DNA of 64,000 nucleotides, from assembly GCA_031416075.1 (NCBI GenBank), contig JANOSY010000088.1:22376-86375 (forward strand). Direction: 5' to 3'. The stretch's first letter is position 1; each line of letters opens with the position of its first letter. The DNA is from Candidatus Tenderia sp. Its GTDB lineage: Bacteria > Pseudomonadota > Gammaproteobacteria > Tenderiales > Tenderiaceae. Below the pieces are notes generated by a model. That model made no database searches. It was not told the DNA's origin and saw only the letters and a program-made list of their open reading frames with translations. The translations under genes were made by a program, and so were the position numbers. Positions 31,928 through 42,481 of the stretch are shown here, piece after piece.

Positions 31928-33289
31928 ATGAACCATGAGATCAAACTGCCGGAACGTGATGTGCTCACCGTCTCCCGCCTGGTGCGTGAAACACGCGCCG
32001 TGCTGGAGGGAAGTTTTCCGCTGCTCTGGCTGGAGGGCGAGATCTCCAACTACTCGCGCCCCGCCTCCGGCCACCTGTACTTCTCCTTGAAGGATGAGGC
32101 GGCGCAGGTGCGTTGTGCCATGTTCCGCACCCGCAACCTGCAACTCCGTTTTGCCCCCACCAACGGCATGCAGGTGATGGTACGGGCGCGTATCACTATG
32201 TATGAACCACGCGGCGAGTTTCAGATTGTAGTGGAGCAGATGGAAGAGGGCGGCCTGGGTCTGCTGCAACGCAACTTCGAGGCACTGAAAACCCGTCTCG
32301 GTCAGGAGGGGCTGTTCGACACCGCCCACAAAAGGCCACTGCCGACGATGCCGCAACGGCTGGGGGTAATCACCTCCGCCACCGGGGCCGCCATTCGCGA
32401 CATCATCAGCGTGCTGAAACGGCGCTATCCGGCGCTGCCGGTGCTGATCTACCCCGTACCGGTGCAGGGCGAGTCAGCGGGTCGTGAGATCGCGGCGGCA
32501 ATCAAACTCGCCAACCAACGCAAGGAGTGCGATGTGCTGATCGTCGGCCGCGGCGGCGGCTCGCTGGAGGATCTCTGGGCCTTTAATGAAGAGGTGGTGG
32601 CACGGGCTATCTACACCAGCGCCATCCCCATCATCTCCGCCGTCGGCCATGAGGTTGACTTCACTATCGCCGACTTTGTGGCCGACCTACGCGCCGCTAC
32701 CCCTTCCGCCGCCGCTGAACTGGTAACGCCGGATATGGCTGAGCTGAAACAGCGCCTGATGCAACAACAGCAACGTCTGCACAATCGCATCCGCGCCACA
32801 CTGCAACAGTCACAACAACGGCTCAGCTGGTTAAGCAAACGGCTACAACAACAACACCCAGGGCAACAGCTCCAGCAAAAAGGACAAAGACTTGATGAGT
32901 TGGAGCAACGTCTGTTGCAGGGCATCAACATGCAGCTGCGGCATCGGGGCCACCAGCTCCAGCAACTCACCACACGCCTACACCACAACTCACCACGCCA
33001 CCGTCTGCAACAGCTAAAAACTCACCATAAACAGCTACAACAGCGGCTCCACCGCGCCTGGCAGTCAACGCTGAACAACAAAAAACAGCAGCTCGCCGCC
33101 ACCAGCCGCGCGCTCAACAACATCAGTCCGCTGGCAACACTGGAGCGGGGTTATGCCATCGTGCAACAGCTGCCTAAACGGCAAGTAGTTCGTGATGCAA
33201 CGGTGATGCAGCCGGGTGATAAAATTCAGGCTCGCTTGTCCAAAGGGGTGTTGCTCTGCACCGTTGATGAAATTAAACAAGAGGTTTAA
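31928..33289 (+). CDS. xseA: Exodeoxyribonuclease VII large subunit
   Basis: GEISN...SGHLYFSLKD, RGGGSLEDLWAFNEE, SAVGHEVD, TPSAAAE. Confidence 0.96.
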   Translation: MNHEIKLPERDVLTVSRLVRETRAVLEGSFPLLWLEGEISNYSRPASGHLYFSLKDEAAQVRCAMFRTRNLQLRFAPTNGMQVMVRARITMYEPRGEFQIVVEQMEEGGLGLLQRNFEALKTRLGQEGLFDTAHKRPLPTMPQRLGVITSATGAAIRDIISVLKRRYPALPVLIYPVPVQGESAGREIAAAIKLANQRKECDVLIVGRGGGSLEDLWAFNEEVVARAIYTSAIPIISAVGHEVDFTIADFVADLRAATPSAAAELVTPDMAELKQRLMQQQQRLHNRIRATLQQSQQRLSWLSKRLQQQHPGQQLQQKGQRLDELEQRLLQGINMQLRHRGHQLQQLTTRLHHNSPRHRLQQLKTHHKQLQQRLHRAWQSTLNNKKQQLAATSRALNNISPLATLERGYAIVQQLPKRQVVRDATVMQPGDKIQARLSKGVLLCTVDEIKQEV

Positions 33290-34148
33290 TCCGTTGTTAT
33301 CTACCTACAAAAATCTAGCCATACTGGCATTGGCACTGCTCTTTTCACACGGCAGCTTGGCCGTCGAACTTCCATTGCAGCAGCTTGTGCCAGGCGGCGT
33401 TGCTCTATTACCCATCGCCAATGCCACAGACAAACAGCCACAAGCCGAATACAACGGCAAACCGGTGATGGTGATCAACAGTCAGGGGCGGTGGTATGCA
33501 GTGGTGGGCATCCCACTTGATGCTGCCATCGGGCAACAACAGATCACCGTGACGCTGGCCGACGGCAGCGATGTCACCCAGACGTTCACCGTCAGCGACA
33601 AGGCTTACGAGACCCAGCGCCTCATCATTGCAGACAAACGCAAGGTCGAGCCCAACGAGGAGGAGATGCAACGCATCACTCAGGAGAAGGTGGAGACGGA
33701 CAAGGCGCTGGCCCACTGGGGCGATGCACTGCTGACCGACAACCTGCAACTCGACCTACCGGTAGAGGGGCGGCTCAGCAGCGCCTTCGGCCTGCGCCGC
33801 TTTTTTAATGACCAACCACGCGCACCCCACAGCGGTCTCGACATTGCCGCACCAGAGGGAACACCAATCAAGGCCCCTGCCAACGGTCGTGTAATTTTGA
33901 GCGGTGATTTCTTTTTTAACGGCAATGGCATCTACATCGACCACGGCCAGGGATTAGTCACCATGTACTGCCACATGAGCCGCATCGACGTAAAAGAGGG
34001 GCAAGAACTAAAGCGGGGCGAAATCATCGGCGCGGTGGGCATGACCGGCCGCGCCACCGGGCCACACCTGCACTGGGGGGTTAGCCTCAACGACGCACGG
34101 GTCAACCCATCACTATTTGTACCCGCACTGATGAACAGAGTCCCATAA
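33267..34148 (+). CDS. M23 family peptidoglycan DD-metalloendopeptidase
   Basis: HSGLD, YCHMS, ATGPHLHW motifs; start uncertain (33267 or TTG 33294). Confidence 0.9.
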   Translation: MKLNKRFNPLLSTYKNLAILALALLFSHGSLAVELPLQQLVPGGVALLPIANATDKQPQAEYNGKPVMVINSQGRWYAVVGIPLDAAIGQQQITVTLADGSDVTQTFTVSDKAYETQRLIIADKRKVEPNEEEMQRITQEKVETDKALAHWGDALLTDNLQLDLPVEGRLSSAFGLRRFFNDQPRAPHSGLDIAAPEGTPIKAPANGRVILSGDFFFNGNGIYIDHGQGLVTMYCHMSRIDVKEGQELKRGEIIGAVGMTGRATGPHLHWGVSLNDARVNPSLFVPALMNRVP

Positions 34149-34186
34149 ATAGCGGGTCACAGAAGACTATCAAGGAGGCCATCACC

Positions 34187-34573
34187 ATGAACAAGATTAT
34201 TGCCACGGCTGTACTACTCATCATCCTTACGGGCTGCAGCCAAATGCCCACCACCACACATACCGGTGGCCAGATCAACCACGTTGTGCTGATCTGGCTC
34301 AAAGATGCCGGAAACCCAGAGCAGCGTCACCAGATTATCGAAGCAACCCGCACACTGGAACAGCTACCTGGCATTATCTCTGTGCATGTTGGCGCGGTCA
34401 TACCCAGTGACCGCAAAGTTGTGGATGATAGCTTTGACATCGGCGTGCATATGCTCTTCAGCGACCGTCAGAGCATGGAACATTATGGTAACCATCCCGA
34501 ACATCAACGCATTCTCAACCAGATTGTCATGCCACTGACAGAGCGCATACTCATTTATGACTTTGCACAATGA
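34187..34573 (+). CDS. Dabb-family (stress-responsive A/B barrel) lipoprotein
   Basis: AAGGAGG SD, lipobox LTGC, HVVLIWLK...Y..HPEH...IYDF. Confidence 0.8.
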   Translation: MNKIIATAVLLIILTGCSQMPTTTHTGGQINHVVLIWLKDAGNPEQRHQIIEATRTLEQLPGIISVHVGAVIPSDRKVVDDSFDIGVHMLFSDRQSMEHYGNHPEHQRILNQIVMPLTERILIYDFAQ

Positions 34574-35132
34574 TCTGACAAACCCCCATCACCATAGTAA
34601 CAATATCAACAACATGCCCTCCGCTTGTTACCGTTAATAGTTAATATAAAAACCACTTTAAAATATGGCTTTTATAATTAATGAGTATTTCAAACCACTA
34701 CGACAAATAAAATAAATTTTATAAATCATAAATACCGCAAAACAATTACCCATCACACCTGTGAAACCTCACTCAAATACCTTTATTTAACACCTGTTTT
34801 TTTCAATTAAAACAAGAACATTAATGCACTTTTATTGTTTATTTATAACGCTAAAACAACATAAATAACCATATTAAAAAAGACTTTATTAATACCCATA
34901 TATGAAAAAAATATCACTCAACACAAACTCAATATGTTTAGCACAAAATAACTTAATGAAAATTTAAGTTTTACGGTGTAGGATAAATTTCACCCTCAGC
35001 GACATAACCAGTTATTTCTTGGAATGTTGCACTCTCGGGATCACGAGAAGAGCAGAGGGGGGAGTACTGATATTTGAATGGTTCAAATATTAGAGGACTA
35101 TGATTTAAATCACATTTACTAAGGAGATTATT

Positions 35133-35255
35133 ATGGGTGGCGGCGGCGGTATGGGCGGTGGCGGTATGGGCGGTGGCGGCGGCGGTGGTATGGGCGGCGG
35201 CGGCGGTGGCGGCATGGGCGGCGGTGGCGGCGGTGGCGGTGGCGGCGGTATGTAG
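35133..35255 (+). CDS. 40-aa Gly/Met-only micro-ORF (M-G5-M-G4-M-G7-M-G7-M-G11-M)
   Basis: TAAGGAG SD just upstream of ATG; only ATG/GGC/GGT codons up to TAG; paralog at 35668. Confidence 0.6.
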   Translation: MGGGGGMGGGGMGGGGGGGMGGGGGGGMGGGGGGGGGGGM

Positions 35256-35332
35256 CTCCCGGCTCACTATGCACCCTCTCTCTCATGTGAGGGGCTCATA
35301 GCACAGTTGTAATGGCATATTGCCATGCGATG

Positions 35333-35364
35333 AAATGGGGGGGCATTATGTCCCCCTATTTTTT
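35333..35364 (+). terminator. Intrinsic terminator after micro-ORF 1
   Basis: GGGGGGGCA-TTA-TGTCCCCCT hairpin followed by T-run. Confidence 0.75.
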
Positions 35365-35667
35365 ATGCCAAAAAACAACACCTACCCCCTATCCTCGCCC
35401 TCCATATCCCGTGTGCTCAATAGCTTAATTACACACAAAAAATAAATCATTTTTCCTGTGCGGAATATATTTTCTATTTCCCAACAAATTTAAGGGAAGG
35501 TTAACATACCCGATGTAGTATCGATAACACCTTAAACGTTGTGCCTGCTTTTTGGCTTAACGACTTCTCTGAAACTATGACGAGATAATAAGGCAGTACC
35601 GGTCTTTGAGTTATCAACGACCCAATATAAATATCAATTACTTTTAAATAAAACTAAGGAGTTAATC

Positions 35668-35736
35668 ATGGGTGGAATGAACGGTGGTCGTGGTGGTATG
35701 GGTGGCGGCGGTGGCGGTGGTGGCGGCGGCATGTAA
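35668..35736 (+). CDS. 22-aa Gly/Met-rich micro-ORF (MGGMNGGRGGM-G10-M)
   Basis: TAAGGAG SD, ATGGGTGG start identical to paralog, ends ATG-TAA. Confidence 0.6.
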   Translation: MGGMNGGRGGMGGGGGGGGGGM

Positions 35737-35809
35737 TATGCCCGCGTCACGCACTCCCTCTCACTATTGAGAGGCATGTTGCGTACCGCTATGGCTAACG
35801 CCATACAAT

Positions 35810-35844
35810 AAAAATGGGAGGGCATGTCTGCCTCCCATTTTTTT
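35810..35844. terminator. Intrinsic, probably bidirectional terminator between micro-ORF 2 and the ABC gene
   Basis: AAAAATGGGAGGGCA-TGTC-TGCCTCCCATTTTTTT. Confidence 0.8.
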
Positions 35845-35928
35845 CGTCAATAATTCCCTGGCCTACGCCATTACTCGATACTCAAATAACCCACCGCCTT
35901 ACCCTTCATCTCTCAAAAATTTCTTTTA

Positions 35929-37704
35929 TTATGCCTCGTTATCAGACTGCCACAGCACTGAAACCTTATATTCTGGATGGGATATATAGAGTTCATCATG
36001 TGTACCTACTGTAATTGAGCCATTGCCATTAAAATAGAAGACTCTGTCGGCATTGCGAATAGACGAATAACGATGGGCGATAACAAAAGTCGTGCGACCT
36101 GTACGTAATGTATCCAGGGCAGCCACTACCTCTTTCTCTGATTGGCTATCCAATGCTGAAGTTGCCTCATCCATAATTAAAAATGGAGCATCCATTAACA
36201 TCGCCTGTGCAATTGCAATACGTTGATACTGTCCACCTGATAGCTCAACACCGCCGGATCCTACGCGAGTATCAAGCCCATCACTCAACGCTGTAATAAA
36301 TTGCCATGCGCCACTCACTTCACAGGCGTGTACCATCTGCGACTCAGTGGCATCCGGCTTCACTAATAGTAAGTTGGTGCGAATCGTATCGTGCATGATG
36401 AACGGGGTTTGCCAAATGATTGAGAATTGCTCACGTAATGAGGCGATAGTTACAGTGCGAATATCCACCCCATCAATTGTAATACGGCCTTGCTGAGGGT
36501 CATGAAAACGCATCAGCAGCCGGGCAAGTGTTGATTTTCCAGCACCGCTTGCTCCAACCAGGGCGACTGTTTCTCCGGCGCGCACTTCAAGATTGACACC
36601 TTGTAAGAGCAGCTCCCCTCCCGTGTAGGCAAAATCTACACTCTCAAAACGAATACCTCCCTCAGTCACAACTAATGGCTCTGCATCAACAATATCCTGG
36701 GTCTCAGGTTTTAGATCAAATATCGCCAAAACACGCTGCGCAGCCCCAAAATCACCTTGTAACTGCATTGGTGCTTGTGCAAACCCACGCACCGGCACCG
36801 AGAGATACCCCAAGTAGAGTAGGAAACTGACCATCGCCCCTATACCAAAACCGTGACTCTCTATCCGATCGATCCCGACGAACACTATCACGATCCCACA
36901 AAAATAGATCATGGCCGCCAGTGTGACCGTGAACCCTTGGTCCAACCAGCGCATCTTCATGCCCCAGTAACGTGCCTGTTCGTAACACTCACCATGCCTA
37001 GCCGCCATGCGTGTCTCGCCCCGGACTGAGCTTATGCCACGCAGATTGCTTAAGACCTGTTCTTCAAAGGCTAATAGTTTGCCCGCTTCATGAAAAAATC
37101 GTTGCGATGCCTTACGCTTGCGCGGGCCGAATAACCCCTGATGTATGACAAACAGTGGCACAAACATTAACGCCACCAGGGCCATATACCAATCGATCCA
37201 AAACAACATGCCACAATAAAAAAATAGGGTTAACAGGTGAGAAACAAGAAAGAAGGGGACTTCGAGTACCATGTTCTGCACACTGTCCACATCACTGCTA
37301 AGGCGGGCAAGCACGTCCCCCTTCTGTAGATGTGCAGCACCGGGCGCAGAGACATCAAACAGATGACGCAGGGCAGCTTGACGCAGCCGCCCCACAAAAC
37401 GAAGCCCCAACCAGTTAGCCATCAGGGTGGAGGAGAAGTGAAATCCCTGGTTGATGACAACAACCAGTATCAACCAGAGCAGCACCGATTTAACCTGATC
37501 AAAACGCCCGGCCTGTAAGTGGTCAAACGGTAACCCTATCAGCCAGACCATGGCGGTATTGGTCACGGTTAACCCTACAATAGTCCCTATGACCAAACTG
37601 ACAAACACCACATCGGCACGTGCGTATGGCAAAAAATGGCGGAAGACTTGCCAGAATTGGGACCTTTGCACGACAGTTTCGCCCTGCTGAGGGGTATCAC
37701 TCAT
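35929..37704 (-). CDS. ABC exporter, fused TMD+NBD (MsbA/multidrug-like)
   Basis: Six-TM N-terminus, GASGAGKST Walker A, LSGGQ, MDEATSALD; overlaps the AsnB-like gene by 4 nt. Confidence 0.93.
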   Translation of the reverse strand: MSDTPQQGETVVQRSQFWQVFRHFLPYARADVVFVSLVIGTIVGLTVTNTAMVWLIGLPFDHLQAGRFDQVKSVLLWLILVVVINQGFHFSSTLMANWLGLRFVGRLRQAALRHLFDVSAPGAAHLQKGDVLARLSSDVDSVQNMVLEVPFFLVSHLLTLFFYCGMLFWIDWYMALVALMFVPLFVIHQGLFGPRKRKASQRFFHEAGKLLAFEEQVLSNLRGISSVRGETRMAARHGECYEQARYWGMKMRWLDQGFTVTLAAMIYFCGIVIVFVGIDRIESHGFGIGAMVSFLLYLGYLSVPVRGFAQAPMQLQGDFGAAQRVLAIFDLKPETQDIVDAEPLVVTEGGIRFESVDFAYTGGELLLQGVNLEVRAGETVALVGASGAGKSTLARLLMRFHDPQQGRITIDGVDIRTVTIASLREQFSIIWQTPFIMHDTIRTNLLLVKPDATESQMVHACEVSGAWQFITALSDGLDTRVGSGGVELSGGQYQRIAIAQAMLMDAPFLIMDEATSALDSQSEKEVVAALDTLRTGRTTFVIAHRYSSIRNADRVFYFNGNGSITVGTHDELYISHPEYKVSVLWQSDNEA

Positions 37705-39719
37705 ATGTGTGAATCAGTAAAACAGCGCGCCGTTTTGTTGATAAACAGGTCGTACAGAATCTGCACCGTCAGGATCGAAAACAGCACCCACTCCTGCCTC
37801 ATTGCCCGGTAATAGGCATTGCCATCAGGGGGTGTGGGCAGGTTCACCAACTCATCCAACAGCGCAGTCACCACTTGAGGATTAAAGATGCCCGCCTGTT
37901 GAATCTTCTCTTCAGAGAGAAATTGCGACAACCGGTCTGCATTTTTTGGCGTAAAAAACCATTCACGAATAGGGGTGTAAAAGGCACGTTTTTTATACGA
38001 AGTGGGATGTTCTGGTAACTTTGGCAACATTAACTTACGCAAAATATACTTCTCATCCAGGCCATTCAGCTTGAGTGCTGGTGGCACCTTTGCCGCTAAC
38101 TCCACCAGTTTGTGATCCAGAAATGGGACCCGCGCCTCCACACCGTTAGCCATGGCCAGTCGATCTGCCCGCCACAATATCCAACCTGGCAGACGGGTCT
38201 TTATCTCCAGATACAGGGACTGGTTGAGTGGATGCAACCCTTCCAGCCTGGGCTTTAAGGTGGTGATCAACTCTGCCATCTGCTGATCGTGGTCGGCGGA
38301 CTGCTCCAGAAAATCATCGCTGAAGATCCCTTCACTCCCTTCACGAAGGATTTGCCAGAAGTCATACCAGACGGGATAACAACCAAATTGCGCCACCACC
38401 TTCTGCTGCTGCTGCGACTCATGTAAACGAGCCAGCATCTGCAGATAATCAGGGGCAAAATCATTGCCAAAATCATCTAAATAGTAACGCAGCCGCTCCT
38501 CCTGCCCCCCCTTCTCATTACCCCACTGACGGATGTAATCCTGGCGGAAGCAGTCATACCCCCCCAATATTTCATCTGCACCTTCACCGGTATACACCAC
38601 TTTAAACTGATTTTTACGCACCAGCTCCGACAACATCAGCAGCGGGATATCCAGCGCCATACGTTGTGGCTGCTCGACGCTGTACATCGCCTCCACCAAC
38701 ACATCCAGATAATCATCACTGCGCTGGTCATCCATATACAGGTCATGCAGCTCAACACCGATGTGGTCGGCAATACTGCTAGTAATTGGATACTCGTCAT
38801 TAGCACTATTGGAAAAGCGGATAGTAAATGCCTTTACACTCTGCTCCGCAGACTGCTGCAACCAATAGGTGGTAGTGGCCGAGTCAACACCGCCGGAAAG
38901 ATAGGAGCCAATAGGTACCTCGCCAATCATGTGTGAGCGCACAGCGTCCTGCAAAACACCATCAAACTCTGCCAACCACTGCTCTTCACTGCGATCCTCA
39001 TACTCACCCTCTCGGGGAAACTCCAGATCCCAATAACAGTCAATTTGCGGCTGCTTACCTGCCACCAGTGTCATGGTATGGCCGGGGGCCAACTCAACCA
39101 CCCCGGCAAAGAGCGTATGTGGCGCAATATTAAATTGATAGGAGAAAAAATTCCGTACCGATTGGGGATTAAAGGCGGGAGTGATCTGCCCCGATGCAAA
39201 CAGCGATTTCACTTCTGAGGCACCATACAGGGTCGTGCCGTCCCAATGGTAAACCAGCGGTTTGATACCCAACCGGTCCCTGGCCACAAATAGTTCGTTA
39301 GTTAATGAGTCATGAATAGCAAACGCAAACATTCCCCGCAGGCGCGGCACACACTGCGCGCCATCGCGCTGGAACAGATGGAGAATCACCTCCGTATCCG
39401 ATTGCGTCTGAAACAGAACGCCCTCCTGCTCCAGTTCAGCCCGCAACACCTTGTAATTATAGATTTCACCGTTATAAACAATGGCATAACGATCATCAAT
39501 GCTTAACATCGGCTGGGCACCGCCACGAATATCAACGATACTCAAACGGGTATGGCCTAACGCCACACCACCACGCACCAAATGGTTCTGTGCATCGGGT
39601 CCCCGATGTATCAGCGCATGCACCATGCGCCCTATTATTAATTCACTCGACTCACTCTGCGCCAACGGCTCAGCGGATTGATGATGGCCAGCACGATAGA
39701 TGAAACAGATCCCACACAT
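37701..39719 (-). CDS. Asparagine synthase (glutamine-hydrolysing)-family amidotransferase
   Basis: N-terminal MCGI, HRGPD, NGEIYN, RDRLGIKPL, LSGGVDS, GEGADE, EARVPFLD. Confidence 0.9.
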   Translation of the reverse strand: MCGICFIYRAGHHQSAEPLAQSESSELIIGRMVHALIHRGPDAQNHLVRGGVALGHTRLSIVDIRGGAQPMLSIDDRYAIVYNGEIYNYKVLRAELEQEGVLFQTQSDTEVILHLFQRDGAQCVPRLRGMFAFAIHDSLTNELFVARDRLGIKPLVYHWDGTTLYGASEVKSLFASGQITPAFNPQSVRNFFSYQFNIAPHTLFAGVVELAPGHTMTLVAGKQPQIDCYWDLEFPREGEYEDRSEEQWLAEFDGVLQDAVRSHMIGEVPIGSYLSGGVDSATTTYWLQQSAEQSVKAFTIRFSNSANDEYPITSSIADHIGVELHDLYMDDQRSDDYLDVLVEAMYSVEQPQRMALDIPLLMLSELVRKNQFKVVYTGEGADEILGGYDCFRQDYIRQWGNEKGGQEERLRYYLDDFGNDFAPDYLQMLARLHESQQQQKVVAQFGCYPVWYDFWQILREGSEGIFSDDFLEQSADHDQQMAELITTLKPRLEGLHPLNQSLYLEIKTRLPGWILWRADRLAMANGVEARVPFLDHKLVELAAKVPPALKLNGLDEKYILRKLMLPKLPEHPTSYKKRAFYTPIREWFFTPKNADRLSQFLSEEKIQQAGIFNPQVVTALLDELVNLPTPPDGNAYYRAMRQEWVLFSILTVQILYDLFINKTARCFTDSHI

Positions 39720-39790
39720 CACAGACTCTCACGTAAACAATCCCTGCACACAACGCCGGTCAGCAACAACCGGAACCCGCCTGATACCAT

Positions 39791-39815
39791 AAAAAAAGGG
39801 GCCAATGGCCCCTTT
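39791..39815 (-). terminator. Intrinsic terminator of pnp
   Basis: Minus strand AAAGGGGCCA-T-TGGCCCCTTTTTTT. Confidence 0.8.
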
Positions 39816-39843
39816 CTTATATCAAACCCACGTTAAGAGGTAC

Positions 39844-41934
39844 TTAAACCTCTTCCGTGACGGCCTTGATGCTTAAACGGATACGACCCTGCTTATCCAC
39901 CTCAAGCACTTTAACCTTAACCACTTCACCTTCGGTAAGCTTATCAGCCACATTCTCCACACGCTCATTGGAAATCTGTGAGATGTGAACCAAGCCATCC
40001 TTGCCCGGAAGGATGGTGACAAAAGCACCAAAGTCCATCAACTTGGCCACTTTACCATCGTAAATCTTGCCGACCTCAACATCAGCAACCAACTCAAGAA
40101 TCCGCTGCTTCGCCGCCTCACCCGCCGCCCGGTCAACCGAGGCGACCTTAACGGTGCCATCATCATCCAGATCAATCGATGTGCCTGTCTCTTCGGTCAG
40201 TGCACGAATAGTTGCGCCCCCTTTACCAATAACATCGCGGATACGGTCCGGATTAATCTTGAAGGTGATAATCCGTGGTGCATATTCAGACAACTCTTCA
40301 CGAGGTGCAGTGATCGCTTTATCCATTTCACCCAGAATAAACAGACGGCCATCTTTTGCCTGAGAGAGTGCTGCCTGCATGATCTCACGGGTAATCCCGT
40401 CAATCTTGATATCCATCTGCAACGCAGTGATACCTGATGACGTACCGGCGACCTTAAAGTCCATATCACCCAGATGATCTTCATCACCCAGAATATCGCT
40501 CAACACGGCAAAACGGTCACCCTCTTTAATCAGCCCCATCGCAATACCCGCTACCGGCGCTTTTAAAGGGATACCCGCATCCATCATCGCCAAACTACTG
40601 CCACAGACAGAGGCCATTGAACTGGAGCCGTTGGATTCAGTAATCTCAGAGACCACACGAACAACGTAAGGGTAGTTTGCCATATCAGGCATCACCGCTT
40701 GAACACCACGTTTGGCCAGACGGCCATGGCCGATCTCACGACGTTTAGGGCTACCCACCATGCCGGTTTCACCAACACTGTAAGGGGGGAAGTTGTAGTG
40801 GAACATAAACGGGTCTTTACGCTCACCTTCGATGGCATCGATCATCTGCGCATCTTTGCCAGTACCGAGGGTGGTCACCACCAGCGCCTGTGTTTCACCA
40901 CGGGTAAAGAGTGCTGAACCATGTGTACGTGGCAACACACCCACACGAATGGTGATCGGACGAACAGTTTTGGTATCACGTCCATCGATACGCGGCTGAC
41001 CATCAATAACACGGCCACGCACCACCTTGCTCTCAAGCACGCCAATCATCTCACCTACGTCAGCCGCGCTCCACTCAGGTGTCTCACCACCACACAACGT
41101 AGTAACCGCCTGACTGCGAATATCATCCAGCGCCGCATACCGATCCTGCTTTACCTTAATCTGATAGGCTTCGTTCAACTGTGTCGCAACAACACCGCTC
41201 ACCGCGGACTCCAGCGCGCTGTTCTTGACAGGCGACTGCCACACCCAAGCCTCAACACCCACTTCATCGCACAGCTCACGAATAGCCTTGATCACAACAC
41301 ACATCTGTTCATGACCAAACATCACCGAATCCAACATCACCTGTTCTGACAGCTCATGGGCTTCAGACTCCACCATCAATACCGCACCCTCAGTACCGGC
41401 AACCACCAGATCCAACTGCGAGGCCACCAGCTGAGACTTGCTCGGATTCAGCAAAAACTCACCATCGACATAACCAACACGGGCAGCACCGATCGGTCCC
41501 TTGAAAGGAACACCTGCCAGCATCAATGCCGCTGAAGCACCGATCAGCGAGGGAATATCAGGATCAATTTCAGCATCCAGTGAGACAACGGTGGCAACAA
41601 TCTGGACTTCATTAGTGAAGCCGTCGGGAAACAGTGGACGTATCGGGCGATCAATCAGACGAGAAGTCAGTGTCTCTTTTTCCGTAGGACGCCCTTCGCG
41701 CTTAAAAAACCCGCCAGGAATCTTACCCGCTGCGTAGGTTCTCTCTTGATAGTTGACAGTTAGTGGAAAGAAGTCACGCCCCGGAACAACCTCTTTACGT
41801 GCAACGGCAGTCACCAGAACGGTCGTATCTCCCATGCTGCACATCACAGCACCACTAGCCTGTCTGGCAATCTCACCAGTCTCTATCGTGACAGTGTGAT
41901 TACCATACTGAAAAACCTTTTTAATGGGTTTCAT
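39844..41934 (-). CDS. pnp: Polyribonucleotide nucleotidyltransferase
   Basis: [40 protein letters not shown] and S1 domains. Confidence 0.98.
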   Translation of the reverse strand: MKPIKKVFQYGNHTVTIETGEIARQASGAVMCSMGDTTVLVTAVARKEVVPGRDFFPLTVNYQERTYAAGKIPGGFFKREGRPTEKETLTSRLIDRPIRPLFPDGFTNEVQIVATVVSLDAEIDPDIPSLIGASAALMLAGVPFKGPIGAARVGYVDGEFLLNPSKSQLVASQLDLVVAGTEGAVLMVESEAHELSEQVMLDSVMFGHEQMCVVIKAIRELCDEVGVEAWVWQSPVKNSALESAVSGVVATQLNEAYQIKVKQDRYAALDDIRSQAVTTLCGGETPEWSAADVGEMIGVLESKVVRGRVIDGQPRIDGRDTKTVRPITIRVGVLPRTHGSALFTRGETQALVVTTLGTGKDAQMIDAIEGERKDPFMFHYNFPPYSVGETGMVGSPKRREIGHGRLAKRGVQAVMPDMANYPYVVRVVSEITESNGSSSMASVCGSSLAMMDAGIPLKAPVAGIAMGLIKEGDRFAVLSDILGDEDHLGDMDFKVAGTSSGITALQMDIKIDGITREIMQAALSQAKDGRLFILGEMDKAITAPREELSEYAPRIITFKINPDRIRDVIGKGGATIRALTEETGTSIDLDDDGTVKVASVDRAAGEAAKQRILELVADVEVGKIYDGKVAKLMDFGAFVTILPGKDGLVHISQISNERVENVADKLTEGEVVKVKVLEVDKQGRIRLSIKAVTEEV

Positions 41935-42092
41935 TAACTATCCTTAAAATTTCTTATGGGGTATTTAACAAAGATCCAAAAATGATCGGATTCTGGATCA
42001 ACGCACTGCGGGCATAGCAACAGAAACAGACCGCCCCGCACATCCTTCGATGTTACGCAGGGCAGTCTGTTTAATCCAGCTCGGCATTCCGC

Positions 42093-42362
42093 TTAGCGGC
42101 GCAGACCAAGACGGGTGATCAATTCACGGTAACGATCCTGATCTTTCTTTTTCAGGTAGTCGAGCAACTTACGACGCTGACTAACCATTCTCAAAAGACC
42201 CTGACGTGAGTGATGGTCATGAGAGTGTTTCTTAAAATGACCAGAAAGCTGATCGATACGAGCGCTCAACAGCGCAACCTGAACTTCAGGAGATCCAGTA
42301 TCCCCTGTGGCACGCTGAAAATCACCAACGACTTTCTGCTTAGCTTCTGCATTCAAAGACAT
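42093..42362 (-). CDS. rpsO: 30S ribosomal protein S15
   Basis: [27 protein letters not shown]. Confidence 0.97.
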   Translation of the reverse strand: MSLNAEAKQKVVGDFQRATGDTGSPEVQVALLSARIDQLSGHFKKHSHDHHSRQGLLRMVSQRRKLLDYLKKKDQDRYRELITRLGLRR

Positions 42363-42481
42363 GTTATCTCCCAAATAGACACTACTAACTCAATAAGCGG
42401 CGTATTTTACAACCGCATCAAGCCCGGTACAAGCACGGAATTGGCCAATTCTCCTCTTAAAAGGCAGATTAGGCAATAATC

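Noticed and set aside
34971-35825. Minus-strand Ala/Thr-rich (34971-35267) and poly-Pro (35634-35825) ORFs from the track
   Set aside because: They are different frames in the two paralogous copies and have no SD; the plus-strand Gly/Met frame has a conserved SD, start, stop and terminator in both copies
35133-39719. Classical lasso peptide cluster
   Set aside because: No B1/B2 genes; the peptides lack a leader and an Asp/Glu acceptor; the enzyme retains an intact glutaminase N-terminal Cys
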